Below, in pieces: positions 7,290-16,123 of a stretch of 31,782 nt of DNA. The translations under genes and the position numbers were made by a program. The stretch is from a virus. Its lineage: Duplodnaviria > Caudoviricetes. The stretch is from positions 1 through 31,782 of the IMG/VR virus record IMGVR_UViG_3300005662_007671, one strand, 5' to 3'. The first letter of the stretch is position 1. Every line of letters begins with the position of its first letter. The notes below the pieces were generated by a model, which did not search any database, was not told where the DNA came from, and worked only from the letters and a program-made list of their open reading frames with translations.

Positions 7290-8867
7290 ATGGGAGCATT
7301 ATTAGAATCAGGAAAAGTTGGTAACGTAAGCTTAAATCACTTGAAAGCTGTACGTACTGACGTAATTAACAGATGGGACAGCTTAGGTCTTTTAGAAGGC
7401 TTAGGTGGTCACAGAAAAGAGAATATCGCACAATTATTCGAAAACCAAGCATCTTACATGCTTAATGAATCAGTTGCTTTAGGTAACGAAGGTTCTTTCG
7501 AAACTGTGGTATTCCCAATCGTGAGAAGAGTATTCTCTAAATTATTAGCTAACGAAATCGTTTCTGTACAAGCGTTGAACTTACCTATTGGTAAATTGTT
7601 CTACTTCGTACCTAAATTGGAAAATTCAGCATTTGCTTCGGGAGCTGCTGGTATTGACCCTGCTGGTACTTCAGTTAGCCCTAACCTTTATGACGCATTC
7701 TATGGCGAAAACGGTCTTTATGACAACTCTAAAGGTGAAGCTACTGTATTAACAGGAACAACAACTACTGCTAACTTGTACCAATTCGCAACAACTGGTA
7801 ATGGTTACGCAACTAAAACTGGTACTTCAGTTGCAACTGGTGCTACTGAAATCGTTAAAGTTAACTTTGGTGCGTCTATCGCTAACTGGGAGAATGCTGA
7901 AGAAGTATTATCTACTTTAGCAATCACTTCAGCTACTGCTAACGCTGATTTCGATTTCTATTTACCAGCTCAAAAATATGGTAACTCAATTATGGAAGCT
8001 AATGGTGACATTTATGTTGCTGTTGTTAACAATAGTTCTTCTGTAGCATTACCATTAACTGGTTTAACAGTAACAGCTAAAGAATACGAATCTTTAGAGT
8101 ACAATGATCAAATGGGTGAAGTTAGCTTCGAACTTAAGTCTGTAACAGTTTCTGTTATCGAAAGAAAGTTAAGAGCTCAATGGTCTCCAGAATTAGCTCA
8201 AGACGTATCAGCGTTCCATAACATTGATGCAGAAGCTGAATTGACAGCTTTATTGTCTGAGCAAGTTGCTGCTGAGATTGACCGTGAAATTTTACGTGAC
8301 TTACGTAGAGGTGCTGCATGGAGAATGACTTGGGATTACTCTGGTTCAAGAGTTAACACAGGTGGTTTATCTGCAACAAACGGTTTCTATACTCAAAAAG
8401 AATGGAACCAAACTTTGATCACTGCGATCAACCAAGTTTCTGCACAAATCCACAAAGCTACCTTAAGAGGTGGTGCTAACTGGATCGTAGTTTCTGCTGA
8501 AGTTTCTGCTATCTTGGACGACTTAGAATACTTCCACGTATCTAACGCTGCTCCTGAGCAAGACAAATATAACATGGGTATCGAGAGAATCGGTTCATTG
8601 GGTGGAAGATACCAAGTTTACCGTGATCCTTACTTCCCAGCTGATACAATCTTGATGGGTCACAAAGGTACATCTTTGTTGGATACAGGTTACATCTACG
8701 CACCATACGTGCCAATGCAATTAACTCCTACAATGTACAACCCATTCACCTTTGCACCAGTTAAGGGTATTATGACTCGTTACGCTAAGAAAATGGTTAA
8801 CAACCGTTTCTATGGTGTAATCAAGTGTAAAAATATCGTTAGCTTCGGTATCACTGGTTTAAGATAA
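7290..8867 (+). CDS. gp23: major capsid protein, T4 gp23-like
   Basis: FPIVRRVF, IVSVQAL, RKLRAQWSPELAQDVSAFHNIDAEAELTALLSEQVAAEIDREIL, GYIYAPYVPMQ, FAPVKGIMTRYA; codon bias of a highly expressed gene. Confidence 0.96.
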   Translation: MGALLESGKVGNVSLNHLKAVRTDVINRWDSLGLLEGLGGHRKENIAQLFENQASYMLNESVALGNEGSFETVVFPIVRRVFSKLLANEIVSVQALNLPIGKLFYFVPKLENSAFASGAAGIDPAGTSVSPNLYDAFYGENGLYDNSKGEATVLTGTTTTANLYQFATTGNGYATKTGTSVATGATEIVKVNFGASIANWENAEEVLSTLAITSATANADFDFYLPAQKYGNSIMEANGDIYVAVVNNSSSVALPLTGLTVTAKEYESLEYNDQMGEVSFELKSVTVSVIERKLRAQWSPELAQDVSAFHNIDAEAELTALLSEQVAAEIDREILRDLRRGAAWRMTWDYSGSRVNTGGLSATNGFYTQKEWNQTLITAINQVSAQIHKATLRGGANWIVVSAEVSAILDDLEYFHVSNAAPEQDKYNMGIERIGSLGGRYQVYRDPYFPADTILMGHKGTSLLDTGYIYAPYVPMQLTPTMYNPFTFAPVKGIMTRYAKKMVNNRFYGVIKCKNIVSFGITGLR

Positions 8868-8889
8868 TCTTAGGGTTACATTAATTCTC

Positions 8890-8918
8890 AAAAGGGTGGA
8901 TTTTTTCCACCCTTTTTT
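8890..8918 (+). terminator. intrinsic terminator after the major capsid gene
   Basis: AAAAGGGTGGA-TTTTT-TCCACCCTTTT followed by further Ts. Confidence 0.85.
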
Positions 8919-8942
8919 GTTTATATTTCTTTTCTTTATTAC

Positions 8943-8950
8943 TATATTTG
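8943..8950 (+). promoter_or_regulatory. Bacteroidota-type -7 promoter element TATATTTG for the glycosylation operon
   Basis: Exact TAnnTTTG match 21 nt upstream of ATG 8972, just after the terminator; an upstream TTTG lies at 8916-8919. Confidence 0.55.
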
Positions 8951-8971
8951 TATAGTTAAGAAAAAGATTTT

Positions 8972-11722
8972 ATGAAAAAATTACTTTATGTAGCACCGCA
9001 TTTATCCACAGGTGGCTTACCACAATATTTAACTAAAAAAATTGAACTTCTTAGAGACAGTTTTGATATCTATGTAGTTGAATGGTCAAACCATACTGGT
9101 GGTGTATTAGTTGTACAGCGCGATAAAATAACTTCTATGGTTGCTAGGGATAAATTCTTTACTCTAGAGGAGAATAAAATGGAATTAATTGATATCATCA
9201 ATAATATTTCACCCGATATTGTCCATTTAGAAGAAATTCCAGAGTATTTTATGGATTTTGATGTCGCAAAGGAGCTATATAAAAAAGATAGAAATTATAT
9301 TATCGTTGAAACTTCGCATGATTCATCATATGATGCGACACAAAAGAAATTTTTCCCAGATAAATTTATGTTTGTCTCTAATTGGCAGATCAAACAATAT
9401 GAGTCAATCGATATCCCAAAAGTTTTAGTTGAATATCCTATTGAATATAAACAAAGGCCTAATAGAGAAGACGCTTTAAGAGATCTTGGTTTAGACCCTA
9501 GCAAAAAACATGTTCTACACGTAGGTTTATTCACACCAAGAAAAAACCAGAAAGAATTTTTTGAATACGCTAGATCTCTACCAGAATATGTTTTCCATTC
9601 GGTTGGAAACCAAGCTGGTAACTTTGCTCATTACTGGGAACCACTTATGGTTGATAAACCAAGTAATGTTGTTTGGCATGGTGAGAGAAAAGATGTTGAT
9701 AGATTCTACCAGGCAATGGATTTATTCCTATTTACGTCAAGAGGAACTGATAACGATAAAGAAACGATGCCATTGGTTATTCGTGAGGCCATCTCATGGA
9801 ATCTACCGATTTTAATTTACAATTTAAACGTTTATTTAAACTATTTTGATAAGTTTGATAACGTTAACTATTTGGATTTCACTGACTTTGATAAAAATTG
9901 TGAAATAATTAAAAATACGCTTGAGGTGGGTTATGAAACAAATACAGTTCTAGACATTAACAGATCAAACGAGGCTATAATCATCTCAACCTACCCAACA
10001 ACAAAAAGTTCTTTTGATACAACTGTTGAGTGTATTTTAGCGGCAAAGAAAACTGGTAGAAAAATCATATTAACTTCCCATTTACCAATTTCACCAGATT
10101 TACAAGATTTGGTTGACTACTGTGTTTACGATAAAAACAATATTTTAACAAAACACACTTTTTATTCCCAAAGTAGATACGGCGAGGGTGATTTCTTTGC
10201 TTTTGTTAATTTAAGAGGTGAGGGTAATGATGTTTACCACGGCCCAACTTGCTATACAAACTACTATAATGGCGCCGCTTTAGCTCACGAGTTAGGTTTT
10301 GAGAAGATTTATTTCCTTAACTATGATTATGTTTTAAAAAATGACGCTTATTTGGATAACGTATCTAGTGTGTTGAATAGAAAATCAGCTTATTTTGGGG
10401 ATATGCCTAATAACGCTGAGGGTCACTCAGTTACAACGTTTTTTATGGGTATTAAACCATGGTTTTACTTAAATAACGTTGAGCGAGTTTTTACTGCTGA
10501 GGATTATGAGAGTTTAAGACATAAATGGGGTTCTTATAGCAATGGTTATGAGAATTTAATGTATTTTGCCTTTAAAGATAAGTTAAATGAAATTGAATTA
10601 GTTGGTGAAGAGATTTTTAAGACGGAAATCGCAACAAATTTTCATCACAGGGACTATTCTAGAGTAGAATATTTCACTTTATTACCAACTAATTTACCAA
10701 ATACGTTTGCAACATATTTCCAAGTCTCTAATTCAATAGATAGTCGTATTGTTAACATAAAAATTAACAAAAATGGTTCCCTATTGCACGAAGAACAATT
10801 AACCGTTACGGGTAAAGGTGCTTGGTATCGAATCATTAATTTTGATCTGAGTGAAGACGCTAAATATCTTATTGAGTATTCCTCTTTTGATAAAGACACC
10901 CAACAATTTATTGAATATAAATCAATTGATGTTAATAATGAGTACCTAACAACGAAATTACCAAATAACGGTATGTTTACATATAACGGTGACGTGAATA
11001 GTGTTAACATATTAAAAGGTGAGGACGATGGTAAGCCAAAAATTAGGATTGTTCATTTGGTGACAGAACCAACAACAAATCAAAAAGAACTTAGATCAGC
11101 GTTTTCATTGAAAGATTTCGCCAGTAATTTCAGTAACGTTGAGTATTATGAGCAAGTTAATGTGATTTACAAAGATCTACCGCCAGTTGACACTTGTAAT
11201 AGACCCCATGATGTTGCGTCTGAACCAGGGTATTTTAAATTATCACCAGGGCACTACGGGTGTTTCTTAGCGCATAAAAATGGTATCACTTTACCAGACA
11301 ATGATAAGTATGACTTTATACTTGTTTTTGAGGGTGACGTTATCATTGATAGCCCATACCAAGAATTATACGACAATTTAATTAGATGGTCCCAATTAGC
11401 CAAAGAAGAAAATGTTGATATGGTTGGTTTTGGTAATTATGTTGCTGAGAGATATAATGGACAACGAGAAGATCTATTATTGAATTTAAGTATCTTCGCG
11501 CCAGCACAATCTTACTTGATTAACAGGGATAAATTACCTACTTTTGTTGAGAAGTTTGAAACTTGTAAGTGGGATGCGTTTGACCTGTGGATGACCAAAG
11601 TCGCTGGTTTACATGGTGCAATGGCAACCAAGGTTTATACAAAACATTTACCTGGGTATTCAATTGTGGATAAAAAAGATAAGAATAAAGATAACGATGT
11701 TGCGGCTATATTCGCAAATTAA
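8972..11722 (+). CDS. multi-domain glycosyltransferase: GT4 (GT-B), putative GT-A-like middle domain, GT25-like C-terminal domain
   Basis: N-terminal HLSTGGLPQY, HVGLFTPRKNQ, DLFLFTS...ETMPLVIREA (GT4 E-x7-E). Middle ILTSHLP...FLNYDYVL. C-terminal GHYGCFLAH (residue 760)...ILVFEGD...AQSYLIN resembles GT25. Confidence 0.82.
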   Translation: MKKLLYVAPHLSTGGLPQYLTKKIELLRDSFDIYVVEWSNHTGGVLVVQRDKITSMVARDKFFTLEENKMELIDIINNISPDIVHLEEIPEYFMDFDVAKELYKKDRNYIIVETSHDSSYDATQKKFFPDKFMFVSNWQIKQYESIDIPKVLVEYPIEYKQRPNREDALRDLGLDPSKKHVLHVGLFTPRKNQKEFFEYARSLPEYVFHSVGNQAGNFAHYWEPLMVDKPSNVVWHGERKDVDRFYQAMDLFLFTSRGTDNDKETMPLVIREAISWNLPILIYNLNVYLNYFDKFDNVNYLDFTDFDKNCEIIKNTLEVGYETNTVLDINRSNEAIIISTYPTTKSSFDTTVECILAAKKTGRKIILTSHLPISPDLQDLVDYCVYDKNNILTKHTFYSQSRYGEGDFFAFVNLRGEGNDVYHGPTCYTNYYNGAALAHELGFEKIYFLNYDYVLKNDAYLDNVSSVLNRKSAYFGDMPNNAEGHSVTTFFMGIKPWFYLNNVERVFTAEDYESLRHKWGSYSNGYENLMYFAFKDKLNEIELVGEEIFKTEIATNFHHRDYSRVEYFTLLPTNLPNTFATYFQVSNSIDSRIVNIKINKNGSLLHEEQLTVTGKGAWYRIINFDLSEDAKYLIEYSSFDKDTQQFIEYKSIDVNNEYLTTKLPNNGMFTYNGDVNSVNILKGEDDGKPKIRIVHLVTEPTTNQKELRSAFSLKDFASNFSNVEYYEQVNVIYKDLPPVDTCNRPHDVASEPGYFKLSPGHYGCFLAHKNGITLPDNDKYDFILVFEGDVIIDSPYQELYDNLIRWSQLAKEENVDMVGFGNYVAERYNGQREDLLLNLSIFAPAQSYLINRDKLPTFVEKFETCKWDAFDLWMTKVAGLHGAMATKVYTKHLPGYSIVDKKDKNKDNDVAAIFAN

Positions 11723-11731
11723 AAAGATATT

Positions 11732-12679
11732 ATGAAAATATGTCAAGTACATCCTGGATGCGGGATACCAGTTCCACCACCTAATTGGGGTGCTGTTGAA
11801 AAAATTGTATGGGAGTTTACACAAAATCTTAGAAAATTAGGGCATGAGGTTGATATAAAATTCGCCAACGAAATTCAACCAGGTGAGTATGATATCGTAC
11901 ACGTGCATATGGCAAACCTTTGTCACTTCTTACATGAAAGAAACATACCATATATTTACCAATTACACGATCATCACGCTTTTTATTACGGTAAAAACTC
12001 ATTTGTTTTTAAAGAAAATTTAAAAGCTATTGAAAATTCATTGGTTTCACTAATGCCTGGTAAATTTTTAGTACCATATTTCGATACACCCAAAGCAGTA
12101 TATTTTTCACATGGTGTTAACACGGATTTTTTCACTCCAGCTAAAAACCCACCCAAAGAACATAGGTTATTGTGTTTAGCTAATAACGGTTTGGCTGGTA
12201 TGAATGGTTATGATAGAAAAGGTTTTGGTTTTGCTATTAAAGCTGCCATGGCTAGGAATCTACCAATCACAATAGCTGGACCTAGAAATAATGAAAATTT
12301 TTTAAATGAGAACCCATGGGTTTTTGGTTACCCAAAATTAAACCTGGAATGGGAACCTAATCAAGAAGAACTTGTTGATCTCTATCATAGACACACAATT
12401 TTTATGCACCCGTCTGAACTAGAAGCTGGTCACCCTAATTTAACTATATTGGAAGCGGCCGCTTGTGGATTACCTGTTAATGGTTGGATTGAGATGGAAA
12501 CTGACTTTAGTGGTATGTGGAGAGCGCCAAGAAATGTTTTAGACCTAGTACGTGGGTTGGATGATATAACAAACAATTATGACACTTACAGAGCTAGAGC
12601 CATTGCGCATGCGGAGAGTTTATCTTGGTACAATAGATCGGTAGAATTAGCGGAAGTATTTAAAGGTTTCACTCAATGA
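11732..12679 (+). CDS. glycosyltransferase family 4 (GT-B)
   Basis: IPVPPPNWGAVEKIV, LGHEV, DIVHVH, HGVNTDFF, RKG, PSELEAGHPNLTILEAAACGLPV. Confidence 0.9.
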   Translation: MKICQVHPGCGIPVPPPNWGAVEKIVWEFTQNLRKLGHEVDIKFANEIQPGEYDIVHVHMANLCHFLHERNIPYIYQLHDHHAFYYGKNSFVFKENLKAIENSLVSLMPGKFLVPYFDTPKAVYFSHGVNTDFFTPAKNPPKEHRLLCLANNGLAGMNGYDRKGFGFAIKAAMARNLPITIAGPRNNENFLNENPWVFGYPKLNLEWEPNQEELVDLYHRHTIFMHPSELEAGHPNLTILEAAACGLPVNGWIEMETDFSGMWRAPRNVLDLVRGLDDITNNYDTYRARAIAHAESLSWYNRSVELAEVFKGFTQ

Positions 12680-14304
12680 AAATACTAGGGATATCAGCTG
12701 GTCACCATTGCTGTGGCATTAGTTTAATGGATAACGGTAAAATTGTTTTTTCTCTAGAAGAAGAAAGACATAATAGGATAAAAGTTTATAAAGATTTTTA
12801 TTCAGACACTTTTAGAGCCCCGCATTTAAGTTTAAGAGATGCGATGGATAAACTATCGTTAAATATAAACGATATCGACTACATCACTAGTTATTACCCC
12901 AAAAAAGAAGTTAAAATTATATGGGATGCACTGGAAACTGGTTTACCGTTCCCAGAACATAAGTTTATTTTTGTTGATCACCACGATTCTCATGCGGCTA
13001 CAGCGTATTATTTGAGTGGGTTTGAAGACGATACCTTAGTTGTGACGATGGATGCTAGTGGTGGTGATTATAGTGCAAAATATTTTATAGGTAGTAACGG
13101 TAATTTAAATTTTATCGATGGTCTTGGTCTTAATAACAAATCTTTTGGTCATTATTATGCTATGTTAACCGAATTTTTGGGTTTTAAGAGATTAAAAGAT
13201 GAGGGCAAGGTGGTCGGTATGGCTGGTCATGGTAAACATGAGATTTTTGCTTATAAATCTTTTAATGATGCTATAAAAATAGAAGGTATACACACCGATA
13301 AAGATGATTCTGGTGTTTTATTCGGTCAAGTTTATCTAGATTTTTACACATCTTTTTACAAGAGAATGGGGTCTAGAGTTTATTTTGGTGGTAAACAAGA
13401 TTTAGCGTATAACGGACAACTAGTTTTTGAGGAGAAGATAGTTCAGTTGTTAACGAATCTTCATAACCTTTACCCGAATATTAAAAAAATCGCATTAGCT
13501 GGTGGGGTTTTTGCTAACGTTAAATTAAATAAACGAATTAACGAGCAATACTGGGTTAATGAAGCTTTCATCGCACCACCAATGGGTGATGAGGGTTGCG
13601 CACTTGGGTGTGCTTTAACAGTACATAAAATGTTTAACCCAGAGTTTAAACCATTCAGGTTAAATGATGTTTTTATGGGTACATCATACACTGATGATGA
13701 GGTTGGTGATCAATATTGGGATGTTAACAAGTTTAGTCGAGAGCTTTTTACACCACAAATAGCGGCCAAGTACTTGGCTAACGGTAAAATTATCGGTGTT
13801 TTTAATGGTAGATACGAACACGGCCCAAGGGCTTTGGGTAATAGAAGTATTATTGGTGAGGTAACTAACCCAGAAACATACGATAAAATCAATAACAAGC
13901 TACAGAGAAACGATTTTATGCCATTTGCACCAGCTGTAATGGAAGAACACGCTAATACAATCTTTAAGGTGGATAAATCAGCTTACACCGCTGAATTTAT
14001 GACAATGCTATACGATACAAGACCAGAATGGTCTGAAAGAATACCAACAGTCGTACACCCTAAAGATAAAACAGCTAGGATACAAATAGTAACGCCAAAA
14101 TCAAATCCAACATTTTATAAAATATTGGATGAATATAATAAGATAACGGGCGTACCTGTTTTATTAAACACATCATTTAATGTACACGAAGAACCAATCG
14201 TTTGTCACCCAAACGAAGCTTTTGCACATTTAGAAAACGATGTTGTTGATCTACTGATAATAAATAATTTTATATATAAAAAGTATGAAGGAAACATTAA
14301 TTAA
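12676..14304 (+). CDS. O-carbamoyltransferase, NodU/CmcH/TobZ family
   Basis: ILGIS, EEERHNRIK, HHDSHAA, MDASG, EGKVVGMA, AGGVFANVKLN, PMGDEGCALG, EHGPRALGNRSI, FMPFAP, GVPVLLNTSFNVHEEPIV; ATGA overlap with the upstream GT4. Confidence 0.95.
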   Translation: MKILGISAGHHCCGISLMDNGKIVFSLEEERHNRIKVYKDFYSDTFRAPHLSLRDAMDKLSLNINDIDYITSYYPKKEVKIIWDALETGLPFPEHKFIFVDHHDSHAATAYYLSGFEDDTLVVTMDASGGDYSAKYFIGSNGNLNFIDGLGLNNKSFGHYYAMLTEFLGFKRLKDEGKVVGMAGHGKHEIFAYKSFNDAIKIEGIHTDKDDSGVLFGQVYLDFYTSFYKRMGSRVYFGGKQDLAYNGQLVFEEKIVQLLTNLHNLYPNIKKIALAGGVFANVKLNKRINEQYWVNEAFIAPPMGDEGCALGCALTVHKMFNPEFKPFRLNDVFMGTSYTDDEVGDQYWDVNKFSRELFTPQIAAKYLANGKIIGVFNGRYEHGPRALGNRSIIGEVTNPETYDKINNKLQRNDFMPFAPAVMEEHANTIFKVDKSAYTAEFMTMLYDTRPEWSERIPTVVHPKDKTARIQIVTPKSNPTFYKILDEYNKITGVPVLLNTSFNVHEEPIVCHPNEAFAHLENDVVDLLIINNFIYKKYEGNIN

Positions 14305-15520
14305 CGAATACAATAACACTGAAATTTTATCTAGGGACTATAAAGAACCCTCTAACTCATTCATCGTACATTTCATTAACGGAGTTTTTTGTGAGATAAA
14401 AGGTCCTTTATCTAAGAAATATCGTGTGGTGTTCATGGATAACAAAACTGGTGATGTGCATCATATCACCGAAATAACAAATAACATGTGGACCAAGAGT
14501 TCTATACAATATTTTATTGAATGGGGTGTTAAGGTTTATGATGTTGAAAGTAACGAGTTGGTTTTTGAACACAATTATGATGCATCAGGTAAAAAGGTTT
14601 ATATACATTTAGATAGTAGCGCTGTTGGTGATACATTAGCTTGGTTCCCATTTGCTGATGAGTTTAGAAAAAAACATAATTGTAAAGTTGCGGTGTCTAC
14701 ATTCCATAATGAATGGTTTGAAAAGATGTACCCAGAATTAGAGTTTATTAAACCAGGTACACCCGTACCAAATTTGTATGCAATGTATACCGTTGGTTGG
14801 TTCTATGATAATAAAGAGGTTGTTAAAAGTAGAATACCAATTGATTTTAAAGAACACCCGCTACAAAAAACTAGTAGTGTTATCTTAGGTTTAGATCATG
14901 TTGAAGTAAAACCTAAAATGGACGTACCTAGTGAACCAAGTAGGTTTGACGGTAAATATGTTGTTATCGCACCACACGCTTCTGCACATGCTAAATATTG
15001 GAATCATCCTGGTGGTTGGCAAACAATTGTTGACTATCTTAATGACCGCGGTTATAAAGTTGTGATGATAACATCAGAAAAATTGGGTGATAACTGGCAT
15101 GATTCAAAACTTGGTGGTACCCTTAAAAATGTAATCGATAAAACTGGTGGTGATATACCTTTAACAGATAGAATGATTGATATCAAAAACGCCGACATGT
15201 TTATTGGTCTTGGTAGTGGCTTAAGTTGGATGTCATGGGCGATCGGTACCCCAACAGTATTAATTTCAGGATTCAGTTATCCTTTATCTGAATTTGAGGA
15301 CTGCGTTAGAATATTTACCCCAGATCCAGAGAACACTTGTAACGGTTGTTTTAATAGACATTGGTTAAACCCAGGTGATTGGGAATGGTGCCCAGAACAT
15401 AAAGACACACCAAGACACTTTGAATGTACAAAAACCATAAAACCAGAAATGGTTATCGATGGTATTGAATCTGTTATAGGTAAAAAAGAGAAGAAAACTT
15501 TTTTTGGTAAATATTTTTAA
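14285..15520 (+). CDS. Aah/TibC-like autotransporter heptosyltransferase (BAHT family) protein O-glycosyltransferase
   Basis: N-terminal beta domain (WTKSSIQYFIEW), SAVGDTLAWFPFADEFRKKHNC (Asp116 equivalent to the catalytic base), HPLQKT, AKYWNHPGGW, FIGLGSGLSWMSWA, LISGFS, and iron-finger cysteines C352, C355, C369, C381 (CNGC...WCPEHKDTPRHFECTKTI). Confidence 0.88.
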   Translation: MKETLINEYNNTEILSRDYKEPSNSFIVHFINGVFCEIKGPLSKKYRVVFMDNKTGDVHHITEITNNMWTKSSIQYFIEWGVKVYDVESNELVFEHNYDASGKKVYIHLDSSAVGDTLAWFPFADEFRKKHNCKVAVSTFHNEWFEKMYPELEFIKPGTPVPNLYAMYTVGWFYDNKEVVKSRIPIDFKEHPLQKTSSVILGLDHVEVKPKMDVPSEPSRFDGKYVVIAPHASAHAKYWNHPGGWQTIVDYLNDRGYKVVMITSEKLGDNWHDSKLGGTLKNVIDKTGGDIPLTDRMIDIKNADMFIGLGSGLSWMSWAIGTPTVLISGFSYPLSEFEDCVRIFTPDPENTCNGCFNRHWLNPGDWEWCPEHKDTPRHFECTKTIKPEMVIDGIESVIGKKEKKTFFGKYF

Positions 15521-15521
15521 C

Positions 15522-15529
15522 TATATTTG
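15522..15529 (+). promoter_or_regulatory. Bacteroidota-type -7 promoter element TATATTTG
   Basis: Exact TAnnTTTG match in the short intergenic gap before the glucosaminidase gene. Confidence 0.5.
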
Positions 15530-15553
15530 TCGTCACGATAATAAGTGGTGACA

Positions 15554-16123
15554 ATGTTTTACAGATACGACAGTAACCAACTGAAGTTTGTCAAAGACAA
15601 ATTAAGTGTTAAAATAGCATTGGGAACCACCATTTTACTAATGGTTGGTTCCTTTTTTATTGGTAGACATTTTCAATCTGATACTCTAGATACAATAGAG
15701 AGTAAGGTTCGTATAATAAATCTACAAAAAGAGCGAGATAAATTTTCTAAAGATAAATTTATTGATGAACTTAAAAATAATGGGATAAAATTCCCCCACA
15801 TTGTTATGGCGCAAGCTATTGTTGAAAGTGGTTTAGGGAGAAGCGACCTATTCAAATCGAATAATAATTTATTTGGTATGAGGGAAGCTAAGAGTAGGAT
15901 GACGACATGTTCTGGGTCAAAAAATAACTTTGCTTATTATAAAAGGTGGCAAGATGGTATAGTAGATATGGGGTTTTTCCAATCAACGTATTTAAATAAC
16001 ATCAACACTGAAGAAAAGTATTATTTATTCCTTTCAGCACATTACGCAGAAGCCCCAACCTATGCACAAACAATTAAAAACATTGTGGATAAACAAAAAT
16101 TAAAATCATATTTTAATGAGTAA
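15554..16123 (+). CDS. GH73-like glucosaminidase (peptidoglycan hydrolase) with an N-terminal membrane anchor
   Basis: AQAIVESG (catalytic Glu), NNLFGM, YAEAPTY; hydrophobic IALGTTILLMVGSFFIG near the N-terminus. ATG 15554 preferred over GTG 15545. Confidence 0.8.
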   Translation: MFYRYDSNQLKFVKDKLSVKIALGTTILLMVGSFFIGRHFQSDTLDTIESKVRIINLQKERDKFSKDKFIDELKNNGIKFPHIVMAQAIVESGLGRSDLFKSNNNLFGMREAKSRMTTCSGSKNNFAYYKRWQDGIVDMGFFQSTYLNNINTEEKYYLFLSAHYAEAPTYAQTIKNIVDKQKLKSYFNE

